Assembly: GCA_024704765.1 (NCBI GenBank)
Contig: JAKMXF010000011.1
Location: 541,557-605,556, forward strand
From: Oopsacas minuta
Taxonomy: Eukaryota; Animalia; Porifera
Reading direction: 5' to 3'
Length of the DNA stretch: 64,000 bases
In this document: in pieces, positions 9,695 to 21,336 of the stretch
Numbering within the stretch: position 1 is the stretch's first letter
How the letters are laid out: each line of letters begins with the position of its first letter
Made by a program: the position numbers and the translations under genes
Notes under the pieces: model-generated
What the model saw: only the letters and a program-made list of their open reading frames with translations
What the model was told of the DNA's origin: nothing
The model's database searches: none

Positions 9695-12154
9695 CTGATT
9701 ATTAAGTTGGAATCTCATCTCTCTCTTAACAATAGGATCAATAAGATAATTATACGGACAGAACACTATCAAAGAATCTTCTAACAATAATCTAGTAGCA
9801 TAATAAGGACAAGCAACTTCTCTCTTCCCCAAACTAACCAGATCTTCAATATCCCAACTCGTATTGAGATGTCTTCTTTTCAAAAAATCCTGATCACCCA
9901 TAGAACGTAGTTTAAAAGAGCAAGTACCAAATTTAACAGCTTGTTTACAACCTTCTGTCTTATCTGCGGTTTTTAACACATCAGGATTAATACACAGACG
10001 GTCTCTAGAGCCTAATATAGTCATGGGAGTGTATCTATAAGCAGTAGATGATAATTCACGTACTACTTGTGCTATTTGTTGGTGAGTACGGGTACCGTAG
10101 TATATCTTTGGAGTTTGACGAATTGCGGTTTTGATCGCTCCAATATTGTTCCATGCTTCTTTAGGTGCTGTTAAGTAAGATTTTGATTTTGAAGGAAGTG
10201 GAGCTGTTAGTGAATAAAATAAACAATTGTATTAAATCCTATATGTTTGTTTGTCTGTCTGTCTGTCGTCAAGGAAAGGGTTTATGGTATGCTATGTTGA
10301 TTCGAATTTCATAATTCCAAGATGTCGTATATTTATGTATATGCCGTGTTTAATTCAACTAAGATAAAACATAGACTATATCCGAGTTTTACATTTTCAA
10401 GTTTCTCATATGTCAGTTTATTGTTGATGTATATAATGTACTGATGTAAATATGAATTAGCGAACTGTGCTCCCAAAGGAGCCGCTAATTTTGGATAATA
10501 TAGGATGCCTCAAGTGTGAATCGAAGAGCCATAATCTACGAACGAGCCAAAGGGAAGTATTGAATTGCAGTAGACTCCGTTGAATATGGTCACATCGGGA
10601 CCCAGGCCATTTTGGCCCGATTAAATATAGTTCGACACTCAAAAATCGATTTAATTTGACCTTCCAAAATACAGAAATATAACATTTCTCATTTTAGTCG
10701 AACTATTTCAATAATAACCTAAAAACCTTAGTTCGTCAATTCTACATGTATAGCCCTGAAAAATTGCCATCTAGCGTCAGGTCAGGTAATCTCGTGTAAA
10801 TATTACGTCAGTTCAGTTGAATCAATGGATTAACCTTTGAAAAACCTGTTGGTAACTAACAAAAGGTTTGTCATTAAAAGATAGGACAATATAGTTTTAA
10901 ATATGACAAGAGTTTATACATTTTTCCGCACCTGTAGCTTGCCTCCTTGCAAAATATTGTTCCTCTATAATACTATTAGTATTTACATACAAAACTTGAT
11001 GGGTTTTTTGCTACCCTATTCATATAAAAAAGTGAAATTTTAATGTATTTTCTTTCGAGTTATTTTGACTCTCTGTTTCTTGCCCTCTTCCATGTGTTAA
11101 GCGTGTTAAAATTCCAGATTTCGAGTGCAATTTTCATTTGCCAAAATGATTACATTTGTTATTTGTTTAGTTACTATAGATAATGAACTTGTTAATTTTG
11201 TGTCTCTAGAGTCTAGATTACAATTCTATGGACCTGAAGGTTAAGAATTCGTCTTCGAAACATATAATGGATTTGTAATTGAATCGGCTTATTTTGCCTT
11301 TTTTCAATGGAATTTTTGCGGGCAAAAAAACCGATATCTACTGAATTTAAAATATACATACAACTACAATTAGAATATTAGATTTGAAAAATAATATAAA
11401 ATAGTTAACAAACTAACTCACTTGTCATGGGAGTGTCTGGAGTATGTGTCTGGGTAGAACCCTGCGGTTTTTCACACTTCATTTTAACTTCCAGTGTATC
11501 CATAGAGTTTTCAGTATCTGACAATATGATAGGTTCACTAGAATAAGATGACGCCATACGAGATGTTGGCGTAGCTGCAAAACTCTGTATTTTATTAATA
11601 CTGGTCTCACTGATTTGGGAAGATTTTGGCTTTTTCGGAGGTCTAAAATCGTCGTCATCACTATTTTCGTTTATGGAAGTTGGTATTCGTTTTTTCTTGT
11701 TAAGATTTGAGTCTTCAGGTTCTGTTTTGTAAGTAGACGGGTTGCATACAGGAGGATAACTTTGCTCTCTCTTAATGGATAATTCAGTACTTCTGTGTTT
11801 GATATTCTTTTCCATCCAAACACGAGCAAGTTGTGTTTCAAACTCTCTCAACTGCCAGGCTAGAGTAGAGCATAACAATGCTAGAGATTTCCCAGTACCA
11901 GTAGGACTCTCTAGGAGGGAATTCTTTCCTTCCTTCAATCCCTCTAGGATCTTATACATCAACTGGACCTGAGCGGGATATGGAGTGAATGGAAATTCTA
12001 CATTATAGCTAGAAATATATTTCTGACATGTACGGCCATGTGAGCTATCAACTGGCTCTCTGAAGAGAGGAAAATTAACTTTATTTGGAGCTCTCTTCTT
12101 GGAACTGAAAAAGGCAGTTACGTTTTGGGAAAAGACAGGGGATTGCTTCTTCAT
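9695..12154 (-). CDS. BRIP1: FANCJ/BRIP1 Fe-S DNA helicase, 5' part only (exons 11422-12154 and 9695-10203)
   Basis: Exon 1: [11 protein letters not shown] and [17 protein letters not shown] (motif I). Phase-1 GT..AG intron joins in frame to exon 2: [20 protein letters not shown], four Fe-S Cys (LCINP, GCKQ, TCSF, ACPYY), [10 protein letters not shown]. Donor CAG|GTTTGT at 9695/9694. No motif II (DEAH) exon found in the window. Confidence 0.85.
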
Positions 12155-12483
12155 TGACAAGAATAGTGAACTTAAAATTCTATCTGAAATAAATTAGAAA
12201 GTTAATAAAGCTCCGAATAATTTCTAATTTAATACCTCCAAATTAATGTAAATTATTGTTGGAAGAAACATAGCAAAATTGCAAAATAAGCGTGCAATAA
12301 GAATATCAGTAGTATCCTGATTAAAGCACCCTTTGGAAACAAAATGTAGCTCGTATAAACAGAAGTAAATCCTATCCAAATATTCTTCCTAAGTATTGTA
12401 ATTAAAATAATAGGAAATAATGAATTAGCAAACTAACTCATGAGGGAACTACGATTAGGTTATCCCAAAAGAAAATGAACAAA

Positions 12484-12602
12484 AAGCTACAGCACCAGGT
12501 GTTCCCGCGCCGTCTCCGATCGTGGTACTATCCTGGCCCAATGTTGCTTAACTTCAGTGATCGGACGAGAACTGGTGTTGCCAACATGGTATGGCCGTAG
12601 CT
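12484..12602 (-). rRNA. RNA5S: 5S rRNA gene (solitary copy 1)
   Basis: AGCTACGGCCATACC...GAAGTTAAGC...GGAGAC...GGGAACACCTGGTGCTGTAGCT; the 5' and 3' ends pair; followed by a T-run Pol III terminator. Confidence 0.95.
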
Positions 12603-13014
12603 GATGATAAAAGTTTGGAATTCTGTATTAATAATGAATTCTCATGTAAATAGTAATTAGATTCAGTACAGTAGAACTTGGTTAATATGTATATTTCTCC
12701 AAAACGGTTTATGAATTCTTGTACTAATTGTATAGGAAGAATCTTAGGATAAGACGTACTTCGGTGATACGTTCTAATTTTGTTTCCCAAAGGGGCTACG
12801 TCTTATCCAAGTTTTACTGTAGCTGTAATTAAATAATTTGTATTGTTCATGCAATAATAATACAGTTAAACTCGAACCTTCCGGGCAAATTCATTTCTCT
12901 TCGGGATAGCGAAAATGTGAATGTTCGAGTTAACAGATACGATAAGTGCTAAGAGTGCAATGAAGGGCTAATGTTGACTGTTTATTTAAACTAATAAAAT
13001 GTTTTCTAACAATA

Positions 13015-13596
13015 TTAATGAGGAGGAGGCATCATGGGACGCATTCCCATAGGGGGAGGACCCATAGGAGGCATACCTGGTCCTCCAGGTGGCCCTTGTC
13101 CTGGCATCATCCCTCTAGGGGGAGGGAGGTTATAAGGCTGCATTGGGGGAGCTCCTACTCTCACGGATGGTGCCATTGTCTGTGGTGCAGGGCCGCCTAC
13201 TCCCTTGACAGGACCCATCAGACCTTGAGGAGGCTGACCTTGTACCATTGGCACTCCACGCCCCGCTGCGAAACCCATCCCTGGACCTCCGGGACCTTGT
13301 TTTGAACCGAAGTTAGATTTGGAGGGATCAGCGACTGGAGGAGACTCCACAGACATAGATACGATATTCGTTCCTCTGAGTAAGACAAGTCCTAGAGTTC
13401 TCTTCTCCTCGCGTAACTCTTTATCTTTCTTCTTCTGTTTGATCTTGCGGAATTCGTCACATTCACCTAGAACTAGATTCATATGTTTATCAAATGCCAT
13501 GAATGTTCCTACGAACATCCTCCCGTCTTGTAGTGTAACACGCATACGGTAGTTTATGTGCATTAACATTTTGCTGGACTTCCCTTGTGAAGGCAT
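13015..13596 (-). CDS. SNRPB: snRNP core protein SmB/B'
   Basis: Sm fold [38 protein letters not shown]...[17 protein letters not shown] plus a Gly/Pro/Met-rich tail. Confidence 0.97.
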   Translation of the reverse strand: MPSQGKSSKMLMHINYRMRVTLQDGRMFVGTFMAFDKHMNLVLGECDEFRKIKQKKKDKELREEKRTLGLVLLRGTNIVSMSVESPPVADPSKSNFGSKQGPGGPGMGFAAGRGVPMVQGQPPQGLMGPVKGVGGPAPQTMAPSVRVGAPPMQPYNLPPPRGMMPGQGPPGGPGMPPMGPPPMGMRPMMPPPH

Positions 13597-13695
13597 TGTA
13601 CCTAATCTAGTGATATGAGGAATAAATGGATATACATTTAAGTAGTACTATATTTATTATATAAATAAACCAATAAATTCTATACGTAATAATTG

Positions 13696-13780
13696 AGGCC
13701 TGTTGCGTAGGATTTTGACCCGCACTATGGATATGCTATTAGGATTTTGTATTGCGGGTCAAATCCTACGCAACAGGCCT
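13696..13780. mobile_element. Short hairpin (foldback) insertion flanked by a duplicated AGGCCT
   Basis: Arms GTTGCGTAGGATTTTGACCCGCA and TGCGGGTCAAATCCTACGCAAC. The related repeat copy near 40470 has a single AGGCCT and no hairpin. Confidence 0.75.
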
Positions 13781-13995
13781 TCCCAAATTCACGGAACTGA
13801 ACGGACAATATTTGTTCAAGAAATTTCAAATTTGTTGTTTGTTAGACATTCAGCCTTGTAAATCACAGAATATTGTATCGTGATGATTGTCAAGCACTTT
13901 TTATCATATAAATACTAGTTCATCATCTAAGAATATCATATGTACCAACTTTCGGCTGGATAACTATCTAAGAAAAGTATATTGAAAATTAGAGA
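13775..13995 (+). repeat. Dispersed repeat, inverted copy at about 40255-40480
   Basis: GGCCTTCCCAAATTCACGGAAC...AAGAATATCATATGTACCAACTTT..GCTGGATAACTATCTAAGA is found as its reverse complement near 40.3-40.5 kb. Confidence 0.85.
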
Positions 13996-15069
13996 GGAAA
14001 GGTTTCTAAGCGGAATAGCCTTAGACAAGTTCTCGTTGCTGAGTAAACTCGAAAATTTCGTGACAACATTAATATGTATAAAAGAATAAGATTGAAATTG
14101 AGAAAATCTTCATTCAGACTCCAACTCCATACATGGATGATAATTTAGAGTATTTGTGGCAAGGAAATTAATTTAATTGGAAAATATTCGATACCTAAAA
14201 ATTGCTGTAAGCACCTGTAAATAAAACGAATATCAACACGCATAACTAAAATCGGACGAACTTTCATTTTTCCACATATTTGGACCAATTTCTGGAAGGA
14301 ATTTCAATTTGAAAAGTCGAGAAATCTGACTAATGGAGCTATTTAATCGTCAATTCGCATGTAAGTATGCGAATTAGCGAATTGAATTTATGCTAAAATG
14401 TGTGAAAATGAAATGTTTTGGATACCGATTAATTTGGTTACACATTTTGATCATGGACTGATAGTCTGATTAGCACAAATGATACATTATAAATATTTCA
14501 AATCACCGCCTCAGCCGACTTTTATTTTACCAAATTTACTTTAGAAGATTATTGAAGCTAATTATTATACTAAATATCCATTGAGCAAAGAAAGATAAAA
14601 TCGAATTTTAATGATCTTGTTAGAGATTGGATAATGTCAAAATCGAATTCTACCTCCCTGTTTACCATTATTTAACAAGTGGAAGCTAATCTCTAGGATA
14701 ATTTTGAAAGATTCACCAAATGGTGTGAAAATATGATTAATCAGATGATAAATCAATGTATATATTATTAATAGAATGAATTGACAAAAAGAATTTCAGG
14801 CTACAATAAATACAAATACATTATAATACTAATTAAATTACATACACTCCATCAGAACCAATTTAATGTCTTAATGCCTAATTGCCAAAACCATTCAATA
14901 TGATTGGGTATATTACAGAGGTGTCTAAAGGTGTGAAAATATACAAATAAGAAAAGTTTTAAATGTCAGATACACATCTAGGGTCACTACGAGTGTATAT
15001 GCCAAAACTGGTGTGTCTTAATCCCTAAAGGTGTGAACAGAAGAGCGCTATACTATTTAGTATAGTCCT

Positions 15070-15497
15070 GTGGCCTTCGGGTATCTGATATTGTCCAGTC
15101 TGCCTGATGAATATGTATATGAGGTACTTGGTGGTGAATGTATTCAGACTCCTACCACTTCAATCGACACATATTTCCACCATGGGAAAACTTCTCCTCA
15201 ACTATCAATGCAAATGAATACCTCCACCAAACAAATGACTATTCACGAACCTTCACATTAGGCAGTGATGGACTGCCCTCAAAATATATATTCAACTATA
15301 TTGCTAATGGATTGATAATTGACGTTACGATATCTACCTTTACCAACTCAACTCCTCCCCTTAATACATTCCAATTACCCTCTGAATGCTCTCAGTTCAC
15401 ATGTACTGCTTGTTACAACTCGGCTGTTACAGTAGTTACCAGCACATACCTGATACTCACTGTTGTTGCTATGCAGATCCTATTCCATATGATGTAA
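15070..15497 (+). pseudogene. 5'-incomplete, frameshifted fragment of a secreted/GPI-type protein, weakly ependymin-like
   Basis: Two overlapping ORFs join by adding one base at about 15175 to read ...GGECIQTPTTSIDTYFPPWENF...TFTNSTPPLNTFQLPSEC..., then a hydrophobic tail. No start/signal exon recognised. Confidence 0.4.
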
Positions 15498-16260
15498 TGA
15501 TAATTGTAACTTCTTAATATTGTTATACGTATAATGATGTATGTGTATATATGATTAATATGAATAGTTTATAGACTGCGGATATTTGGCATAATTATCT
15601 ACAGTGGCTGTCCCATGGGAGGGGGGAGGCAAACGGGGCATTTGCCCTGAGTGCCCTGGGCCACCAATGCTAGTATATCATAAATAGGCACATGGGTACA
15701 TTTTGGGGTTCAGATATGCATTTCGAAATATATTTCTTGTCAATATTTTTCACACATTTAGATGTAAAAGTTTACCCATGACCAACAGTCCAACATAAGT
15801 TCTCTCTTGGATTTTTAGCCACTTTAATTGTCTCCATTTGGCCTACTTAACATCTTGCTTTTACTCATGGTACAGGTCCTGCAATCGTAATGAAACTAGA
15901 GAGGTTCTACATAACTTGAAATATTTGATACAATTGTACCCCGCACTAATTAGTTGCTATGTTTGTAGGAATGTGTGGAGAAATACAACATTTCACCACA
16001 TGGGACTACCCTCATAATATATTCATAATTTTGAGAAAATTGTGCCATCCACTTACAAGTTAATTAAAACTACAGTAGACTCATATATTATAATATTCAC
16101 ATCTAGTTGATACAAGGGTTATTCAATAAGTAATGAGACTAATGTATCGAATTCATATTCTAGTTAATACAGCTCTAAGCCTAATATCAGACTACAAGCC
16201 AAACTTGATTGTCTAACTTCTATACAACAACTCTTTATTCTACTAGCATATTCTTCAGTA

Positions 16261-17416
16261 TAGTTTCATTTAATAACAATCTTCCAAAAAATATTGGTAT
16301 ATTTGTAGGTCAAAAGTGTAAATCAAATTATTGTTTATTCAAAGCTAAATCATTTCAATAAATAAATATGTGAATGTGAATTATGAAAAGTGTCCCAGCA
16401 ACCACTTTTTATACTAACATGGAGTGCCCTCCAGTGTGTCCGATTTTTGGAGCTGTTTTGGTAAAATGGAATGTATCACCTTTCGTTTAACGGAGTACTT
16501 GGGACCTCGGTTTAATTTCGTTATAACGGAGTGAAATTATTTATAGTTATAGGGCAGCGGTTGCCAATCTGGGGTCAATGAACCCCTTGGTTGTCCACTG
16601 ACGAATGTGTTAACATTGGTATAGGTGGTAAAGAAGCAAATAGTTATAACAGGAGTTTACTGTAATTAGAAATATTAATTTTATCACCTCATAATTAGTT
16701 GATGGTAACAGAGGAACATTTAAGACCTATTAATTAATTATTTATTCCAAGGTTAAGTTATATTTATAGCTAACACAAGCTAAATACTCTGTAATACCTT
16801 GGATATAAATTAACTCAGTGGAGGCCCCAAGGGGGGGACGGGGCATTTGCCCCCGGTCTTTCAGATCCTCGGATCACTAATTTCAATTAACGTGGAACCT
16901 GCATAACTCGGCACCTGTATACTCCGACAGCTGTATAATCCGGAAGACCCTCTATAATCAGACACTGTTTCTGATTTGAATTAGCTTTGGACAATACAAA
17001 CAGAAAATTTGGTAAACCGATAATATTTTCATGTCCCAACGAGTGTCGGTTTATCAGGTTCCACCGTATAGAATTTGAATTTGCCCCGAGTTTGAAAATC
17101 AGGCGTAGCCCTGGCCAAATCCTGGCACCGCTCCTAATCGACTCAATATGATAAATTAAATAAGCAAACTGTCAATAAATCAAGCAATAAACGAAAGGTG
17201 ATACATTTCATTTTACCAAAACAGCTCCAAAAATCGGACACACTGGAGGGCACTCCATGTTAGTATAAAAAGTGGTTGCTGGGACACTTTTCATAATTCA
17301 CATTCACATATTTATTTATTGAAATGATTTAGCTTTGAATAAACAATAATTTGATTTACACTTTTGACCTACAAATATACCAATATTTTTTGGAAGATTG
17401 TTATTAAATGAAACTA
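16261..17416. repeat. Long inverted repeat: 229-bp arms (16261-16489, 17188-17416) around a spacer of about 700 bp of MITE fragments
   Basis: Arms are reverse complements with one mismatch seen (AAAATGGAATG vs AAAATGAAATG). Outermost bases are TA at both ends. Confidence 0.92.
16890..17067. mobile_element. Tc1/mariner-type MITE; related copy at about 56881-57034 in ODAD3 intron 2
   Basis: GTGGAACCTG...CAGGTTCCAC TIRs. Shared internal GACC(C)TCTATAATCA, GTTTCTGAT.TGAA and ATGTCCCA.CGAGTGTCG. Confidence 0.7.
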
Positions 17417-18182
17417 ACAACTGTGTAGTTCCTATTATAGTAAAGATAATATGTGTAAAGGTGTCAAAATCTTAAGAAACATCACTAACGATGAAAAGTA
17501 AAATAAAATAAAATGTTAAAAAGGGACAAATAATAAATTAATAAATTATAAGGAAAAGTAAAAAAATTTACTAACTAGTAAATAACAACAAACATACGTG
17601 GGAATCAGCTGGGTATATGTGCGCTTCAGAACAGCTGACGATCTTTAAATGTTCTGGACTGTTCGGATTAGCAAGGGCATACTGATTATTATAATGTGTA
17701 CTAAAATCATAGTTTCACAACCGCACTAGTTCTACGCACCTGATTAGTCAATGGTGACAAGATGTTTGAGTAATAAATCAATGACTATCTCAAATATTTA
17801 TATAACATTACAATCAACATTCGGAAACTCGAACCTCAGTAAAATCCGTTCGAGATAACAAATGTTTGAGTTAACGGGCATTCGAGTTAGCGGATGTTGA
17901 CTGTATTCAGAATTTGTAATGGAAACATGTGACAATATGACTGTTCGCAAACTGGTGTGAAATTCTCACCTTATTTTATAGGCTAATTTTCGCATCAATC
18001 ACACGGATATATTTCGCATGTCTAATCCGAGTCGTACTGTAGTAGTACGGGTAAATAGGAAATCGTAAAAACCTAGAAGAGCTTTAATTGTAATATATTT
18101 CAATGTATGTAGAATTGTGTGCATTTTGTTAAAATAAGAACAATTGAACAAATTTACAAGAAATAAGACTATAATATAATAA

Positions 18183-18785
18183 TCATTTTAATTTGAATGC
18201 ATTAGTTGGAAAAATAGAAAATCCTTTTTGTGACAGTCTTTCCAAATATATTCCAATTTCTTTATCTTTAAAATTAGGAACAAATACTCTTTTCTTCCTT
18301 AATGTAATCGGTAAAGATAATCTTTGTATGTGAATTTTCGGTACAAATTTGAAGTTATATCCTGAGTGTATCCTATTATATGGTGTATTAGTGTCTCGAA
18401 GTGTATCAGTATTTTCAAACTTTTGATGAGAAAAGTTTTCAACTATGTTAAAAGTTTTGAGGTATTTAGAAGCACCTTGGGGAAAATACTCTTTATTGAA
18501 AACTGAAGAGGAATAACTATTTGCTTTACAATGATTGAAAAGAGAAATATTAATTGAGGTCTCTCTTTCAATGAAATCAATTTTCGGTTCTTCTTTTATA
18601 AAATACAATTGTTCATTACGAAGCTTGTATTCTTTGACATCATTTCGTAATTTGTCTATCATACATTGATTCTGCTGATATCTGCCTATATACTTTTGAT
18701 AAATGGACAGCTTAGGTTCATTCCTTGGTCTACCTCTCCGAGATTTCCTGAATCGATTTTTCTTGATATTACCTTTGTTATTCAT
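18183..18785 (-). CDS. Hypothetical basic protein with an AT-hook-like RRGRPR motif
   Basis: 200-aa ORF in AT-rich DNA; no family recognised. Confidence 0.4.
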   Translation of the reverse strand: MNNKGNIKKNRFRKSRRGRPRNEPKLSIYQKYIGRYQQNQCMIDKLRNDVKEYKLRNEQLYFIKEEPKIDFIERETSINISLFNHCKANSYSSSVFNKEYFPQGASKYLKTFNIVENFSHQKFENTDTLRDTNTPYNRIHSGYNFKFVPKIHIQRLSLPITLRKKRVFVPNFKDKEIGIYLERLSQKGFSIFPTNAFKLK

Positions 18786-19332
18786 ACTGGTATTACAAAT
18801 CCAACTGAATACTATCTAACATGTACAATGCTTAATCGTAAAATTATTGTATTAATAATTCCTAGACTTTTGTAATACAACTAAATTCAGGGTTTCATCC
18901 AGGTTCTCAGACCATACGCCTAATAACGGATTTTAATTCATTTCATACGTCTAGAGGATCTAGACTATACATTTTGTATTACGATATTGGAGTTTCTGTG
19001 ATTAAAAAGAAATTTTCATACACCTGGATAATTAGTAGTTCTTATTTGTGTGCATCAGAACATTGTTGGGGACGCCACCAAATTTTCACTGGCTTAAAAA
19101 TATTTCAAATACTTTCAGGCGTTTAGTTCTGGCTAAGTCACTAAGAACTGCTGCTCTCCTTAACACAAATATTTAGGATAATTTTCAGAAATTTGACACA
19201 GGAGTTATACTAAAGTTGAATTCACCCTTAAAGTCTACCCATACAGATTAGTTATCCCAACAACAAATACAGCAGATTAGAAAGTCAAAATCAAATAATG
19301 CGTTAAGAATCTCAAAAAACAAACTAATAGAT

Positions 19333-20620
19333 TTAGCAGATCATGTCCTGACTCGAAATATCAGTTTCATATTCAAACAGAAGACAATCACGTTTGTGAA
19401 TCTCATACAATTTCTCTCGTATCGAAAATGGTATATTCTTAAAAGACTATTACATAATTCGAGAGAAGTTTTTGAATTATATTCATCGATAATATTATTC
19501 GCTTGTTTTGTGGATTATTAGTTTGAAGATAGTCAAGAACCAATTGAGACTCCTTATTAGCTTCAGCATGTTCAATAATAATATCATATGGAAAAACGCA
19601 AGGGATGCACAGATTTGATATAGGTCTCCATTGTACATCGTAGGTGTTTGTTGTTACGGTTTCTTCCCATTTCACTATTAGGAATTTTAAAATTCTATTA
19701 AAGAAATTGTTTTATTCGAATTGTTTAGTCTCTTGTATTGGAACAAAATTACAGTTTTTTCTGAATCATCAAAATGCGAATATTTAGAGTCTAACCCTGC
19801 GATAAAATCCGATTCCGTATTAGGCATATTTAATTTTCGTATTATTAGATCAGTAACTTCACTAATATAGTGTCTTTCACTGGAATATAATAGTGATTAT
19901 AAGCTGGAATTAATCTTTTAAAGGCTGTCTAATAACAAAGAACTTAGTATAAGTCTGTATCATCTTAGCAGTGACGTCAAAGAGAAGACAGGTTAAAACC
20001 CAAACTATACGTTAACATCTCTGCTTTAGATGGCGGACCTGTACTTACAGTTATGTTATGCATCATTGCGAATTTTCGTAACCAAACACATGAAGATCCT
20101 TTCGCTACAAAACAATACACAAACTCATAATTGTCACTAAAATACATACGAAACACATTAGATAAACGCATTGTTTGAGTAGTAGTGGTATTGAGTTTTT
20201 TACAAATGTAATTTAAGTGATCAATTCTACTTTTAAAAAGTGGATATTTCTCTGCTAGAGGATAGTAGCCTTTGTTAAGCATTTCCTGCCTGTAGTCAGG
20301 CAAGAAGGTTAACAATTTATTATCCTTTACTATAGCTATTAGTATATTTTGTTTATTCCATTTTGAGCGATATTCTAACCAAGGGGACATAGATATATTT
20401 TCTAGCTCTTGAGTTATAGGTACTGGCTCTTTATGTATAATGACAGGCTCTTGGGGAATACTATCCCCATCATCTTTATCCTGAGGCTAATAATAACGAT
20501 CTTTTATGATCAAAATTTCTTCCTGTCAATGAGGACTACGGATAATCTCAAAGTTTATAAGAAACAAATAATCATTACAATTCAAGCATACCTTTGATAC
20601 TACGTTCAATCATTTCAGAT
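19333..20620 (-). pseudogene. Carbohydrate sulfotransferase (CHST11/HNK-1ST, Sulfotransfer_2 type) pseudogene
   Basis: Motifs spread over shifted frames: FVYCFVAKGSSCVW (5'-PSB), YTKFFVIRQP/KRLIPAY (3'-PB), QWRPISNLCIPCVFPYDII, LYEIHKRDCLLFEY. At least four frameshifts plus stops. Confidence 0.8.
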
Positions 20621-21336
20621 GGCTTTATTAGCTTATATACAAATATCCTATAATATGTACATAGGAAATATTAGTTCATAAGAATCAGACAAAAGCACAT
20701 GGATACATAATAAGGTACTATTATTGATGAAAGTGCAGAGGTCAGAGTGCTGATAACTTAACAGTACCCAAACTTTCTGATAGCAGGGTCCAAGACCCGG
20801 TGAATGTGGTTGTTCGTGATTGTATGACAATCCTAGAAATGTTGGAGCGTGGGTTTATACTAAATTAGTGGCTATACCCCTTGGATATAGTTCTTTATCA
20901 TTTTTACACTAAAAGAAGACAATATAGGGGCCGTTGTATCCACAACCATAATTTAGGAGAATCGCAAATTTTACACTCCAACATAACATCAAAATAGACT
21001 GTATTAGAATGGGTTAACACTACAAAAATAATGCATAGACAGCATATAAATATGATTGTTGGTTGCTTATTTATTTACATAATTATCATTGACTGGTCAG
21101 GTTAAGGGTCTTAGCCGGATTTTAATATAACTTCTATAGTGAGATGCCCTAGCCATACAAATTTGTAGAAAAGGCTATTTATGATAACCCAAATTTAGTA
21201 TTAGATTATATGGGAGTGAATAATATCTCATATGCAAAATAGGTAGAAAATTAGATGAAATAACTATACACACAGAGAATACTCTCTTCTACTAGAGTAC
21301 TAAAACTAGATACACAATAATATCTTGAGGTGAGTA

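Noticed and set aside
10240-10500. (TCTG)n plus stem-loop in the BRIP1 intron as a Helentron-associated element
   Set aside because: Only suggestive; termini could not be defined.
13018-13552. Plus-strand ORFs over SNRPB
   Set aside because: Antisense shadows of GC-rich Pro/Gly codons.
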